Of a stretch of DNA of 64,000 bases, positions 45,123 to 55,095 are shown piece after piece (position 1 is the stretch's first letter; the number at the start of each line of letters is the position of its first letter). Made by a program: the position numbers and the translations under genes. The stretch spans positions 63 through 64,062 of the forward strand of contig JBIITW010000002.1 of NCBI GenBank assembly GCA_044340265.1. The letters are read 5' to 3'. Origin of the DNA: Burkholderiales bacterium (lineage in GTDB: Bacteria; Pseudomonadota; Gammaproteobacteria; Burkholderiales; CAIKXV01). The notes under the pieces were generated by a model. It ran no database searches and was not told the DNA's origin. It saw only the letters and a program-made list of their open reading frames with translations.

Positions 45123-45689
45123 TCAGCGCGCGACGGGCACCGTGCTGTCCCAGGAGAAGCCGAGCGGATCGATCAGGCCCGACTGGGCGACCGCAAGCTC
45201 GGTGCGCTGGACGAAGATCGCTTCGCTCTCGACTACCGCGCCCATCGCGCCGGCCATCTCCGCCAGCCGGGGCTGGCCGGAGATCGGCAGCGGGCGTGCG
45301 ATCACCGGGCCTTCGGTGATCAGCGACGCATGCGCACGGTCGATCAGGCCGAAGCGTTCGAAGCGCCCGGCGTCGACCACTGCCTGGTCACGCTCCAGCG
45401 TGAAGGCGCGACCGGCGCGCAGGTGGGTCACCACTTCATGCCGCGTGGCCAGCACCGCCAGCTTGCGCGCCGGGCCGGTGACGCGCACCACCGGACCGGT
45501 GGTGGCTTCGCCCAGCCGGGCGCGACCGGCCACCTTGACGTCGTCGAACAGCGGGAAGCTGACCTGCAGCTCCGCCTCGGGACTCAGGCTGTGCGTGTTG
45601 AACGCCATCACCGCGAACAGCAGGTCGCGGATCACCTGCTGCTCGCAGTCGGGCTGCATCACCAGGAAATCGATGTGGTCTGCGGACAT
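45123..45689 (-). CDS. Hypothetical acidic protein (possible Cas6f/Csy4-like ferredoxin fold, unverified)
   Basis: 188-aa ORF with strongly GC3-biased codons. The N-terminus DHIDFLVMQPDCEQ...LQVSFPLFDD...RLGE resembles, from memory, the HYLDIRLRPDPE...IGVSFPDLDE...RLGE pattern of Cas6f. There is no arginine-rich helix. Confidence 0.55.
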   Translation of the reverse strand: MSADHIDFLVMQPDCEQQVIRDLLFAVMAFNTHSLSPEAELQVSFPLFDDVKVAGRARLGEATTGPVVRVTGPARKLAVLATRHEVVTHLRAGRAFTLERDQAVVDAGRFERFGLIDRAHASLITEGPVIARPLPISGQPRLAEMAGAMGAVVESEAIFVQRTELAVAQSGLIDPLGFSWDSTVPVAR

Positions 45690-45808
45690 GGCTGCGACGC
45701 TCCGTCAGGGCGCCGCAGGTTAGCCGCAAACCCCGGTCCGGGCTCCGGCTGCACCGCTGTCCACCGGGACGCGCGTGCGGTATTCCACAGGTCCGGGCCG
45801 TGGTGGGG

Positions 45809-45844
45809 CAGACCCGGGGTCAGACCCGGGGTCAGACCCCGGCG
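45809..45844. repeat. 12-nt tandem repeat (cagacccggggt x2 plus one degenerate copy)
   Basis: Read directly: cagacccggggt at 45809..45820 and 45821..45832, then cagaccccggcg. Intergenic, between the isochorismatase-like gene stop and the 45689 start. Confidence 0.7.
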
Positions 45845-45855
45845 CGGGGATGGGG

Positions 45856-46599
45856 TCAGCGCCGGTTCGCGCCCGGCAGGTTCGGGAACAGCCCGGCCGG
45901 CAGCGACTGGATGAACGACAGTGAGGCTTCCAGCTTCATCACGTCGGCGTACTTCGCATGCATGTCGCACAGGTTGATCGCATGGCTCGCCTGCGAACGG
46001 TCGAAGCAGCCTTCCTCGACCAGCGATACCCTGAAGTTGTTCGAGAACGCATCGAGCACCGTCGCGCGTACGCAGCCGCTGGTGGTGGTGCCGGTGACGA
46101 TCAGGCTGTCGGCGCCGAGCAGCATCAGCCAGGACAGCAGGTTGGTGCCGTGGAATGCGCTCGGCTTCTGCTTGTACACGACCAGGTCGTCCGGGCCGGG
46201 CGCGATGTCGGGGACGATGGTGTTGCCGTCGGCCTGCACGCCGGTCGGGCGTACGCGTTCGGCCGAGCGGCTGTTCTTCCATGCCCACGAGCCTGCATCC
46301 CAGTCGTCCTCGCGGCGCACCCCGGTCGTGTAGAGAATGGGCAGGCCCTTGCCGCGGCCGGCGTCGATCAGCTTCCTGATCGCGGCGACGCCTTCCCAGG
46401 CCTCGGCCCCGCAGGAATTGCGCCAGCGCTTGATCGATTCGAGGATCGGTTCCGGACGGTCGCCGCAGAAGTTGTAGTTGACATCGATCACCAGGATCGC
46501 CGGCCGCTTGCCGAAGCCCTGCAGCGCGCCATAGCCGCTTGCCTCGAAGACCTGGCGATCGCGCTCGGTGAGGAAGGGGTCCCAGATCGGTTTGGACAT
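45856..46599 (-). CDS. Isochorismatase-family hydrolase (N-carbamoylsarcosine amidase-like)
   Basis: Trimmed to MSKPIWDPF (ATG at 46599). ILVIDVNYNF (Asp), KQKPSAFHGT (Lys) and LIVTGTTTSGCVRATVLDA (Cys) give the catalytic-triad pattern. Confidence 0.8.
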   Translation of the reverse strand: MSKPIWDPFLTERDRQVFEASGYGALQGFGKRPAILVIDVNYNFCGDRPEPILESIKRWRNSCGAEAWEGVAAIRKLIDAGRGKGLPILYTTGVRREDDWDAGSWAWKNSRSAERVRPTGVQADGNTIVPDIAPGPDDLVVYKQKPSAFHGTNLLSWLMLLGADSLIVTGTTTSGCVRATVLDAFSNNFRVSLVEEGCFDRSQASHAINLCDMHAKYADVMKLEASLSFIQSLPAGLFPNLPGANRR

Positions 46600-46703
46600 C
46601 GTTGTCTCCGGTTGGCAGTGGTACGGCGGGAAGGCAACGGTAGCAAATTCCCGCCGGTCCCGGGCCGGTCCGGCGCGGGACCGATATCGGCTAGCATCGA
46701 CCC

Positions 46704-47744
46704 ATGTGTCCACTGACCCTCACCAGCACCCTGCGCTGCGTCTCGCTGTTCTTCGCGCGCCGCTGCAGGCGTATCTTGCCCGGCGCGTTGATCGTCGCTG
46801 CCGCCGCGGTCGCCGCACCATCGCCGCCTGCCTACGCGGCCGAGGCGCCCTGGCCTTCGCGCACGATACGGCTGCTGGTGCCCTCGGTACCGGGTGGCGT
46901 GAACGACCTCGTCTCGCGGCTGATCGCCGAGCGCCTGTCGAGCGTGCTCGGCCAGACCATCCTCGTCGACAACCGGCCCGGTGCCGGCGGCTCGGTTGCG
47001 TTCGAGATCCTGTCGAAGTCGATTCCCGACGGCCATACCCTCGGCACCACGGCGGATTCCCTGACCATCTTCCCGGTCGCTTATCGCAAGCTGGGCTTTG
47101 ACCCGGTGAAGGACCTCGCGCCGATCACGCTGGTCGCGACGCAGCCGTTCGTGCTGGCGGTATCCGCGCAGGTGCCGGCTGCGAACGTGCAGGCACTGTT
47201 CGCACTCGCGCGCGCGAAGCCCGGCACGCTGTCCTACGGCACGCCCGGCATGGGCACCTCGGCGCACTTCACCGGCGAACTGTTGAAGAGCCTGGTCAAG
47301 GTCGACATCGTGCACGTGCCGTACAAGGGTGGCGGCGCGGCGATCGCCGACCTGGTCGGCGGGCAGATCCCGGTCGCGCTGCTCGGCTCGTCGACCGTCA
47401 TTCCGCAGGCGCGCGCCGGCAAGGTGCGCATCCTCGCCGTGAGCACCGCGCGTCGCTCCAGCGTGCTGCCCGATGTGCCGACGCTGGCCGAGTCGGGCGT
47501 GCCCGGCTTCGACATGTCGCAATGGGTCGGCGTGCTCGGGCCGGCGAACCTGCCGCGGCCGATCGTGATGCGGCTCAACGGCGAGATCGCGAAGATCCTC
47601 GCGCTGCCTGCGGTACGCGAGCGGCTCGAGACGTCCGGCTTCGAGCCGAGCCCGGGCACGCCCGAGGCGCTCGGCCAGCGCATCCGCGAGGGAATCGAGC
47701 GGTGGCGGACGCTGGCCAGGGAGATGAAGCTGGAGCTGAACTGA
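46704..47744 (+). CDS. Bug-family (TctC-like) substrate-binding protein
   Basis: WPSRTIRLLVPSVPGGVNDLVSRL, LVDNRPGAGGS and VPYKGGGAAIADLVGGQ blocks. Confidence 0.85.
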   Translation: MCPLTLTSTLRCVSLFFARRCRRILPGALIVAAAAVAAPSPPAYAAEAPWPSRTIRLLVPSVPGGVNDLVSRLIAERLSSVLGQTILVDNRPGAGGSVAFEILSKSIPDGHTLGTTADSLTIFPVAYRKLGFDPVKDLAPITLVATQPFVLAVSAQVPAANVQALFALARAKPGTLSYGTPGMGTSAHFTGELLKSLVKVDIVHVPYKGGGAAIADLVGGQIPVALLGSSTVIPQARAGKVRILAVSTARRSSVLPDVPTLAESGVPGFDMSQWVGVLGPANLPRPIVMRLNGEIAKILALPAVRERLETSGFEPSPGTPEALGQRIREGIERWRTLAREMKLELN

Positions 47745-47790
47745 AGGCTGCGCGTGTGCTGGCGTCGGCCCTGCCCGGTCGAAGCCGGGA

Positions 47791-48645
47791 TCAGTGGCCG
47801 ATCCAGTCCTCGCTGCGCCGCCACAGCTCGGCAGCAAGCGCGCGGTCCTGGCCTGCCCGGCTGGGGGCAGTGGCCTTGCACAGGCTGTAGTAGAGGCCGG
47901 TGTCACCCGCCACCGCCGGCGAGGTCGCGCAGTGAAGCGTGGTCAGCGCGCCGGCTTCGTTCGACATGCCGCGCAGGGTGATCAGCGGGCGCAGCGGCCA
48001 GGGCAGCTGGCGCCAGATGTCGGAGGCCACCACGCCCGGATGAACGGCATGCGTCGACACGCCACTGCCGGCCAGCCGTCGACCGAGCTCCGCGCTGAAC
48101 AGCACGTTCGCCAGCTTGGATGCGGCGTACTCGCGGATACGGGTGAGGCTGCGCGTCGGCTGCCGTACCGCCTGCCAGTCGATGCCGCGGACATAGCGAT
48201 GGGCCCGGCTGGCCACGGTGACGATGCGCGCCGGCGCCGATCGCTGCAGCCGCTCGAGCAGCAACTGCGTGAGCAGGAAATGCCCCATGTGGTTGATGCC
48301 GAACGCGGCCTCGAAGCCGGACGCGCTGAGGCCACGCGTACCCGCCACGCCGGCGTTGTTGATCAGTACATGCAGCGGCAGGCCGCGCGCAAGGAACAGG
48401 TCTGCGCAAGTGCGTACCGAATCGAAATCCGCGAGATCGAGCGGCAGGAATTCGGCCTGCACCCGCGGTGCTGCCGCCCGGATCTCGTCGAGCACGGCCT
48501 GCGTCCGTTCGGCCGACCGGCAGGCCAGGAACACATGCGCGCCACCCCTGGCCAGTTCAAGTGCCGTGACGCGGCCGATGCCGGTGCTGGCGCCGGTGAT
48601 CAGGACCACGCGGTCGGTCGAAGGCGCATCGTCGTTGGCGCGCAT
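47791..48645 (-). CDS. Short-chain dehydrogenase/reductase (SDR)
   Basis: ORF 47791..49212 trimmed to MRANDDAPSTDRVVLITGASTGIG (ATG at 48645). NNAG and YAASKLAN (YxxxK) motifs. Confidence 0.85.
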   Translation of the reverse strand: MRANDDAPSTDRVVLITGASTGIGRVTALELARGGAHVFLACRSAERTQAVLDEIRAAAPRVQAEFLPLDLADFDSVRTCADLFLARGLPLHVLINNAGVAGTRGLSASGFEAAFGINHMGHFLLTQLLLERLQRSAPARIVTVASRAHRYVRGIDWQAVRQPTRSLTRIREYAASKLANVLFSAELGRRLAGSGVSTHAVHPGVVASDIWRQLPWPLRPLITLRGMSNEAGALTTLHCATSPAVAGDTGLYYSLCKATAPSRAGQDRALAAELWRRSEDWIGH

Positions 48646-48659
48646 GGCGGCTCGGCGGC

Positions 48660-50006
48660 TCAACGTACCATGCAAGGCCGCTTGGCATCGAACGACCATC
48701 CCGGCACCAGCGCCTGCATCGCGATCGCATCGTTGCGCGCCCCGCCTCCCTGCGCGCGGTACAGCGCATGCGCTGCATCCACCTGCGCCCAGTCGAGGTC
48801 CACGCCAAGCCCGGGGCGCGCCGGCACGTCGATGAAGCCATCGACGATCGGCAGCGGCGCACGCGTGAGCCGCTGCCCATCCTGCCAGATCCAGTGGGTA
48901 TCGATCGCGGTCACGCGGCCGGGTGCGGCGGCGGCGACATGGGTGAACATCGCGAGCGACACGTCGAAGTGGTTGTTCGAATGTGAGCCCCATGCGAGCC
49001 CGGCATCGCGGCAGGTCGAGGCGACCTTCACTGCGCCCTGCATCGTCCAGAAATGCGGGTCGGCGAGCGGGATGTCGACCGCATGCAGGGTCAGGGCATG
49101 CTGCAGTTCGCGCCAGTCGGTCGCGACCATGTTGGTCGCCGTGGGCAGTCCGGTCGCGGCGCGGAACTCGGCCATGATCTCGCGGCCGGAAAAGCCGCCT
49201 TCGGCGCCGCACGGGTCTTCCGCATAGGCGAGCACGCCGTGCATGTCCCGCATCAGTCGCACCGCGTCATCGAGCAGCCAGCCGCCGTTCGGATCGAGGG
49301 TGATGCGTGCCTGCGGGAATCGCTCGTGCAGCGCGACCACCGCCTCTACCTCTTCCTCGCCACGCAGCACGCCGCCCTTCAGCTTGAAGTCGGCGAAGCC
49401 GTAGCGCGCATGGGCAGCTTCGGCCAGCGCGACGACGGCGCGTGCATCCATGGCCTGCTCGTCGCGCAGGTGGAGCCAGGCGTCGGCGTCGGAGGACGAA
49501 GGCCCCGCGCGGTACGACAGGTCGCTGCGCGTCCGATCGCCGATATAGAACAGGTAACCGAGCACCTGCACCTTCGTGCGCGGTGCCGGTTCATCGGCCA
49601 GTTGCGCCAGCAGGTGCGCGACCGGCAGCCCGAGGTGCTGGCCGAGCAGGTCGAGCAGCGCGGATTCCACCGCGGTCATCGCATGGATCGCGACCCGCTG
49701 GTCGAAGGTCTGCTGGCCGCGGCCGCCGGCATCGAGTGCACTGAAGCGCTGCTCGATCATCCGCTTCACCGGGCCGAAGTCGCTCACCGGCTGGCCGACC
49801 ACCATCGGGATCGACTGCTCGAGTGTGTGGCGGATCGACTCGCCGCCGGGTACTTCGCCAACGCCGGTGCGCCCCGCATTGTCGGTGAGCACCACCAGGT
49901 TCCGGATGAACACCGGTGCATGGGCGCCGCTCAGGTTGAGCAGCATGCTGTCCTGGCCGGCGACAGGCACCACCCGCATCGCCGCGACGGTCGGGAACTC
50001 GCTCAA
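48660..50006 (-). CDS. gudD: Glucarate dehydratase (enolase superfamily)
   Basis: Near-collinear match to remembered E. coli GudD blocks: [101 protein letters not shown], ending KRPCMVR. Start uncertain: TTG at 50006 or ATG at 49979. The ORF-track start at 50096 would overlap tcuB. Confidence 0.9.
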   Translation of the reverse strand: MSEFPTVAAMRVVPVAGQDSMLLNLSGAHAPVFIRNLVVLTDNAGRTGVGEVPGGESIRHTLEQSIPMVVGQPVSDFGPVKRMIEQRFSALDAGGRGQQTFDQRVAIHAMTAVESALLDLLGQHLGLPVAHLLAQLADEPAPRTKVQVLGYLFYIGDRTRSDLSYRAGPSSSDADAWLHLRDEQAMDARAVVALAEAAHARYGFADFKLKGGVLRGEEEVEAVVALHERFPQARITLDPNGGWLLDDAVRLMRDMHGVLAYAEDPCGAEGGFSGREIMAEFRAATGLPTATNMVATDWRELQHALTLHAVDIPLADPHFWTMQGAVKVASTCRDAGLAWGSHSNNHFDVSLAMFTHVAAAAPGRVTAIDTHWIWQDGQRLTRAPLPIVDGFIDVPARPGLGVDLDWAQVDAAHALYRAQGGGARNDAIAMQALVPGWSFDAKRPCMVR

Positions 50007-50044
50007 GTCGCTGTCCGATCGTGCAAGGCGGGGGGTGTCCGTGG

Positions 50045-51271
50045 TCAGTCGCTGCCCAGGCGCAGGCGGCTCGGCAGGCGTCGCTCGATCGACCACTTGA
50101 GCAGGGCCGCGCTGCGGAAGATGCCGTGCGCGAACTTGCCATAGGGCAGGGTGATGAACAGCGCCATCACCACGCCCAGGTGTATCGCGAGCAGCAGGCC
50201 CATCGCGCCGGTGTCGCGCAGCACCATCAGCACCAGGCCGGTCAGGCTGACCAGGAACAGCAGCGCGAGGAAGCCGTAGTCCATCGTGTTCTGCGCGTCA
50301 TCACCATGCATCGGGTGCCGCTGCGTCTTCAGGCGCCAGAGGCCGACCGGCCCGATGAGCAGGCCGATGCCGCCCACCGTGCCGAGGATCACCGGCAGGC
50401 TGGTGTAGCCGTACGGTGCCTGCCAGCCGAAGGCATAGTGGTAGATCGTCGCGACGCTGGTCGAGGCGAAGCACAGCATGAAGCCGTAGAACGTGAAGTG
50501 GTGGTACAGCCGGCGCGTGGTGTTGAAGCGATCATCCTCGTTGTGGCAACCCTCGCCATGCCCGCCGTCGAGGTACTTCAGCTTCAGCGCGTTGTGCACC
50601 GCCTCGGCGGCCGCCGGCGCATTGCCGCCTTCGGGCACCTCGCCCGGCGAGACGTCGCGCCAGAAGCGAACCACCCCGATCGCCAGCGCGAGCATCGCGA
50701 AGCCGAACACCGAGCCGAACGTGACCACCATCAGGTTGTGCGGGAACACCGCGTAGAAGTTGCCGGCCAGCGGCTCGTGCCACAGCCCGCCCTTGAGCAC
50801 GACCGCGAGCGCGAGGAACAGTGCCAGTCCGCCGCCGGTCGCCAGCGACACCAGCAGGCCGTTGTGCCGGTACAGCGCGCCGAGCGCGCGCGGGAACGCA
50901 TAGTCGGAGTAGGTCTGGCCGCGCACGACCGCCATCGCCTTCGGCACGTTGATCGCGAACTCGTGCGGCGGTGCGTACTGGCATGCATGCAGGCAGGCAC
51001 CGCAGTTGTGGCACAGGTTGGCCAGGTAGTGCACGTCGGCCTTGCCGAACTCGAGCCGGCGGGTCATCGCCGGGAACACGGCGCATGCGCCTTCGCAGTA
51101 CCGGCAGGCGTTGCAGATCTGCATCTGGCGCGCGACTTCGGCCTCGGCCTCGGTCAGCGGCAGCGCGTTGAACGCGGCCGAGGGTGACACCGGCTGGCCG
51201 CCGGCGCCCAGGTGGGCGGCTTCGCGGGTCAGTGCATCAAGCGTGGTCGAGGCTGACTCAGGCGGCGGCAC
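50045..51271 (-). CDS. tcuB: Tricarballylate utilisation membrane Fe-S protein TcuB
   Basis: [11 protein letters not shown] and CHNCGAC cysteine clusters followed by about 6 TM segments. Overlaps the tcuA stop. Confidence 0.85.
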   Translation of the reverse strand: MPPPESASTTLDALTREAAHLGAGGQPVSPSAAFNALPLTEAEAEVARQMQICNACRYCEGACAVFPAMTRRLEFGKADVHYLANLCHNCGACLHACQYAPPHEFAINVPKAMAVVRGQTYSDYAFPRALGALYRHNGLLVSLATGGGLALFLALAVVLKGGLWHEPLAGNFYAVFPHNLMVVTFGSVFGFAMLALAIGVVRFWRDVSPGEVPEGGNAPAAAEAVHNALKLKYLDGGHGEGCHNEDDRFNTTRRLYHHFTFYGFMLCFASTSVATIYHYAFGWQAPYGYTSLPVILGTVGGIGLLIGPVGLWRLKTQRHPMHGDDAQNTMDYGFLALLFLVSLTGLVLMVLRDTGAMGLLLAIHLGVVMALFITLPYGKFAHGIFRSAALLKWSIERRLPSRLRLGSD

Positions 51272-52691
51272 TCAGGGCTCCTTCGGCTGTCTTGGTCTTG
51301 TCGGGGTTGGCGGGGGCCAGCGCGGCGCGTGCCGCGGAGGTGCCGGCGATGCGGCCGAACGCGGTGCCGATGGTCACGCCGATGCCGGCGAGATAGCCCT
51401 TGCCGAGCACGTTGCCGGCACTGACCTCGCCGGCGGCGAACAGGTTGCGGCTGGGTACGCCGGAGAAATGCACCGCGGCGGTTTCATCGATCTTCACGCC
51501 CAGATAGGTGAACGTTATCCCGGGGCGCAGCGCGTAGCCATAGAACGGCGGGGTGTCGAGTGGCAGGGCCCAGTGCGTCTTGGCCGGCGTCAGGCCTTCG
51601 GTATGGCAGTCGTCCAGCACGGCGTGGTCGAAGGTGCCGACCTTGCACGACGCGTTGTAGGCCTCGACGGTCTTCATGAAATCGTCCGGGTCGAGACTGA
51701 GCTGGCGCGCCAGCGTCGGCAGGTCGTTCGCCTTCTCGCCGGGGAACACAGGCGGCATGAAACGGCCGACCGCCTTGGCATCGATGATCGAATAGGCGAT
51801 CTGGTTCGGCTGGAAGGCGACCAGCCGGCCCCATATCGCGTAGCGCTTGGGCCAGAAGTCTTCGCCTTCGTCGTAGAAGCGCCGGCCATCGCGATTGACG
51901 ACGATGCCCAGCGACACGCAGTCGACCCGGGTACAGATGCCGCCGTCGTACAGCGGCGCGCGCGCATCGATCGCCACCGCATGGCACTGCGCCGGGTCGC
52001 CGATCCTGTCCGCGCCGGCCTCGAGCATCTGCTTGAGCAGCACGCCGGTGTTGAAGCGGGTGCCGCGGATGATGAAGTTGTCCGCCACCCACTCGCCCTC
52101 GTGCTGTCCCCAGGCCTCGCGCAGCCATTCGCGGTTCGATTCGAAGCCGCCGTTGGATATCACGCAGGCCTTCGCTTCGATTCGCTCGTTGCCGACATAG
52201 GCGGCGCGGAACTCGCCATTGACCAGTTCCAGCCGGTCGACCGGGGTGTCGTAGCGGATCTCGACGCCCAGGTTGGCTGCGCTCCGGAAGTAGGCATTCA
52301 CCAGCGCCTTGCCGCCGCCGAGGAAGAAGGCGTTGGTGCGCGACAGGTGCAGGGTGCCGGAGAGCGAGTTCTGGAAGCGGACGCCGTGCTTGATCATCCA
52401 CGGGCGGCAGGTCGACGAGTGGCGGATCGCCAGCCGGGCGAGCTTCTCGTCGGTGATGCCGCCGGTGACCTTCAGCAGGTCCTGCCAGTATTCCTCTTCG
52501 GGATAGGCATCGGTCAGCACATCCTGCGGCTCGTCGTGCATGCAGCGCAGGTTGCGGGTGTGGATCGAGTTGCCGCCGCGCCATTCCTTCGGCGAGGCCT
52601 CGAGCAGGAGCACGCTGGCCCCGGCCTCGCGCGCCATCAGCGCTGCGCACAGGGCGGCGTTGCCGCCACCGATCACGAGAACATCGACCAT
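51258..52691 (-). CDS. tcuA: FAD-dependent tricarballylate dehydrogenase TcuA
   Basis: [18 protein letters not shown] motif, [13 protein letters not shown] block, and a C-terminal [20 protein letters not shown] flavoprotein motif. Confidence 0.9.
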   Translation of the reverse strand: MVDVLVIGGGNAALCAALMAREAGASVLLLEASPKEWRGGNSIHTRNLRCMHDEPQDVLTDAYPEEEYWQDLLKVTGGITDEKLARLAIRHSSTCRPWMIKHGVRFQNSLSGTLHLSRTNAFFLGGGKALVNAYFRSAANLGVEIRYDTPVDRLELVNGEFRAAYVGNERIEAKACVISNGGFESNREWLREAWGQHEGEWVADNFIIRGTRFNTGVLLKQMLEAGADRIGDPAQCHAVAIDARAPLYDGGICTRVDCVSLGIVVNRDGRRFYDEGEDFWPKRYAIWGRLVAFQPNQIAYSIIDAKAVGRFMPPVFPGEKANDLPTLARQLSLDPDDFMKTVEAYNASCKVGTFDHAVLDDCHTEGLTPAKTHWALPLDTPPFYGYALRPGITFTYLGVKIDETAAVHFSGVPSRNLFAAGEVSAGNVLGKGYLAGIGVTIGTAFGRIAGTSAARAALAPANPDKTKTAEGALSAAA

Positions 52692-52860
52692 ATCCGGGCA
52701 TCCCCCTGATTTTCCGAGGCCGTAGGGTAACGAATTCGGGGGCGATCAGGGGAAAGCAGGCGTCCTGCGGAGGACCGTCGACGTTGTCGCGAGGCTGGCT
52801 TCGAGGCTTGCCCCCCGCTATGGTGACGCTCTGATCCTGTCGATTTGCGAACCCCTGTCG

Positions 52861-53835
52861 ATGAACCGTCGTACTTTCCTTACCGCCTCCGCAGCGTCGC
52901 TCGGGCTGCTCGCCCTGGGTCCGCTGGCCCGGTCGGCCCATGCGCAGCCGTCCGCCTTCAGCGTGATCGACCGGGACTGGACCGACGCCCGGCGGGCGCG
53001 GCAGGTCCCGGTCCGGCTGTATCTCCCGTCATGGGCCTCGGCGGAACGCCCGGCGCCGCTGGTCGTGTTCTCGCATGGGCTGGGCGGATCGAGGTTCGGC
53101 TATCGCTACCTCGGCAGCCACTGGGCCGGCGAAGGCTTCGCCAGCCTGCATGTGCAGCATGTCGGCAGCGACAGCAGCCTGTGGAACGCGGACGGCCGGC
53201 TGGCCTTGCTCATGCGCATGCACCAGGCCGCGCAGGAAGCCGAGGCGATCGCCCGGGTGCGCGACCTTCGATTCGCGCTCGACCAGCTGCTCGGCGGGGA
53301 CCTCGGCCGGCAGATCGACGGCGACAGGATCATCGCCGCCGGGCATTCCTATGGCGCCAACACCACGCTGCTGGCAGCCGGCGCCCGGGTCGACCGGCCG
53401 GGCTCGCCGCTGGACCTGCGCGAACCCCGCGTGCGTGCGGCGATCATCATCTCCGCGCCGCCGTTCTACGGCGAGTCGTCCCCGGAACGTATCCTCGCCG
53501 CGGTGGAGGTGCCCAGCCTGCACATCACCGGGACCGACGACGTGATCCGCATCCCCGGCTACTACAGTGATGCATCGGACCGTGTCGCAGTCTTCAATGG
53601 TGTCGGCGATGCGCGCAAGACGCTCGCGGTGTTCACCGGTGGCTCGCACAGCATGTTCACCGACCGTACCTCGACCGGCGGCATGCAGCTGAACGCCCAG
53701 GTGAAGTCGGCGACACAGGAGCTGACCACGGCGTTCCTGCGCAGCGTGGTGACGGGCGACGACCGCAGCCTGCAGGCCTGGCCGCAGCGCCATGGCGGGA
53801 TCCTCAGCCGGTTCGTGGGGCCGGTGCAGGGCTGA
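52861..53835 (+). CDS. Secreted alpha/beta hydrolase (PAF-acetylhydrolase/dienelactone hydrolase-like)
   Basis: Tat-like signal MNRRTFLTASAASLGLLAL, FSHGLGGSR oxyanion region and GHSYG nucleophile elbow. Confidence 0.7.
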   Translation: MNRRTFLTASAASLGLLALGPLARSAHAQPSAFSVIDRDWTDARRARQVPVRLYLPSWASAERPAPLVVFSHGLGGSRFGYRYLGSHWAGEGFASLHVQHVGSDSSLWNADGRLALLMRMHQAAQEAEAIARVRDLRFALDQLLGGDLGRQIDGDRIIAAGHSYGANTTLLAAGARVDRPGSPLDLREPRVRAAIIISAPPFYGESSPERILAAVEVPSLHITGTDDVIRIPGYYSDASDRVAVFNGVGDARKTLAVFTGGSHSMFTDRTSTGGMQLNAQVKSATQELTTAFLRSVVTGDDRSLQAWPQRHGGILSRFVGPVQG

Positions 53836-53865
53836 GGGTGGCGCAGGGCGACGGCCAGCCCGGTC

Positions 53866-55095
53866 TCAGCCGGGTTCCGTGAAGGCGCTTCCGTCCTGCA
53901 GAAGTGCCTCGATCTCCGGCGCGGTGTAGCCCGCTTCGGCCAGCACCTCGCGCGTATGCTCGGCCTTCGCCGGCGGAGGACGTCGCGCGCTGAAGAAGCG
54001 CCCGTCGCAGCGCAGCGGCGAGCCCATCGCGCGTTCCACACCGGGCAGGCCGGGGTCGATCAGCGGCAGGCAGGCTGCGAGCGCCGGATCGGCGAGCACG
54101 TCGGCGACCGTGTTGATCGGCCCGCACAGGATGTCGCCCGCGCGCAGGCGCTGCAGCCAGTCCTCCGAGGTGCCGGCCTTCAGCCGGGGCACGATGATCC
54201 GGTCGAGCTCGACGCGGTTCTTCACGCGCGCGGCGTTGGTGGCGAAGCGCTCGTCGGTGGCGAGGGCATCGAGCTCCAGCGCGGTACAGAACTTCTGCCA
54301 GTGCGAGTCGCGCAGCACGGCGATGGTGATGAAGCGCCCGCCGGCGACCTCGAACGCACCGGCCGGGGCGAGCAGGCTGTTCTGGTTGCCCTGGCGAGGC
54401 GGCATGCGGCCGGTCGCCATGTGTTCGGTGAAGCTGCCGCACATCAGCGACGCAGCCGCGGCCATCAGGCTCACGTCGATGTTCGCGCCGCCGCGGCCGG
54501 ACAGGCGTCCATACAGGGCGAGCAGCACGCCCTGCACCGCCTGGTTCGCGGCGGTCATGTCGATCAGCGGGAAGCCGACGCGCAGCGGTGCGCCGTCGGG
54601 CTCGCCGACCACGCTCATCACGCCGCTCATCGCCTGCAGGATGGTGTCGCTCGCCGGCAGTCGTGCGTAATCGCCGTCCTGGCCGAAGCCGGAGATCGTG
54701 CAGTAGATGATCCCGGGGCGCAGTTCCTCGCAGCGCGCATGGCTGAAGCCGAGCTTCGCCATCACGCCGGCGCGGTAGTTGGACATCACCACGTCGGCCT
54801 TCGCGACCAGTCGTTCGACGATGGCTCGCCCACCCGGGGTGTCGAGGTCGACGCCGATGTCGCGCTTGTTCCGGTTGAGCGCGATGAACTGCGGGTTGCC
54901 GATGCGTCCCGGGTCGCCACGTCCGGAGCTGCGCTGCCAGTCGCCCTCGCGCCGCTCGATCTTCACCACGTCGGCACCCATGTCGCCGAGCAGCGTCGAG
55001 GCATATGGCCCGGCAACGCCCTCGGTCATGTCGACCACGTGGACGCCTGACAGTACGCCGGTCGGGGCGCCCACTGCTGCTGCCGCTGCCGTCAT
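53866..55095 (-). CDS. Family III CoA-transferase (CaiB/BaiF type)
   Basis: GVHVVDMTEGVAGPYASTLLGDMGADVVKIE N-terminus and GRGGANIDVSLM block. ATGA overlap with the upstream binding-protein gene. Confidence 0.85.
   Translation of the reverse strand: MTAAAAAVGAPTGVLSGVHVVDMTEGVAGPYASTLLGDMGADVVKIERREGDWQRSSGRGDPGRIGNPQFIALNRNKRDIGVDLDTPGGRAIVERLVAKADVVMSNYRAGVMAKLGFSHARCEELRPGIIYCTISGFGQDGDYARLPASDTILQAMSGVMSVVGEPDGAPLRVGFPLIDMTAANQAVQGVLLALYGRLSGRGGANIDVSLMAAAASLMCGSFTEHMATGRMPPRQGNQNSLLAPAGAFEVAGGRFITIAVLRDSHWQKFCTALELDALATDERFATNAARVKNRVELDRIIVPRLKAGTSEDWLQRLRAGDILCGPINTVADVLADPALAACLPLIDPGLPGVERAMGSPLRCDGRFFSARRPPPAKAEHTREVLAEAGYTAPEIEALLQDGSAFTEPG

Noticed and set aside
42785-45723. Long ORFs 42785..44632 (-), 42466..44001 (+) and 44035..45723 (+)
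   Set aside because: They overlap or run antisense to the secreted-protein gene, the Bug-protein gene and the 188-aa gene. They have no motifs and an Arg/Pro/Gly-dominated composition.
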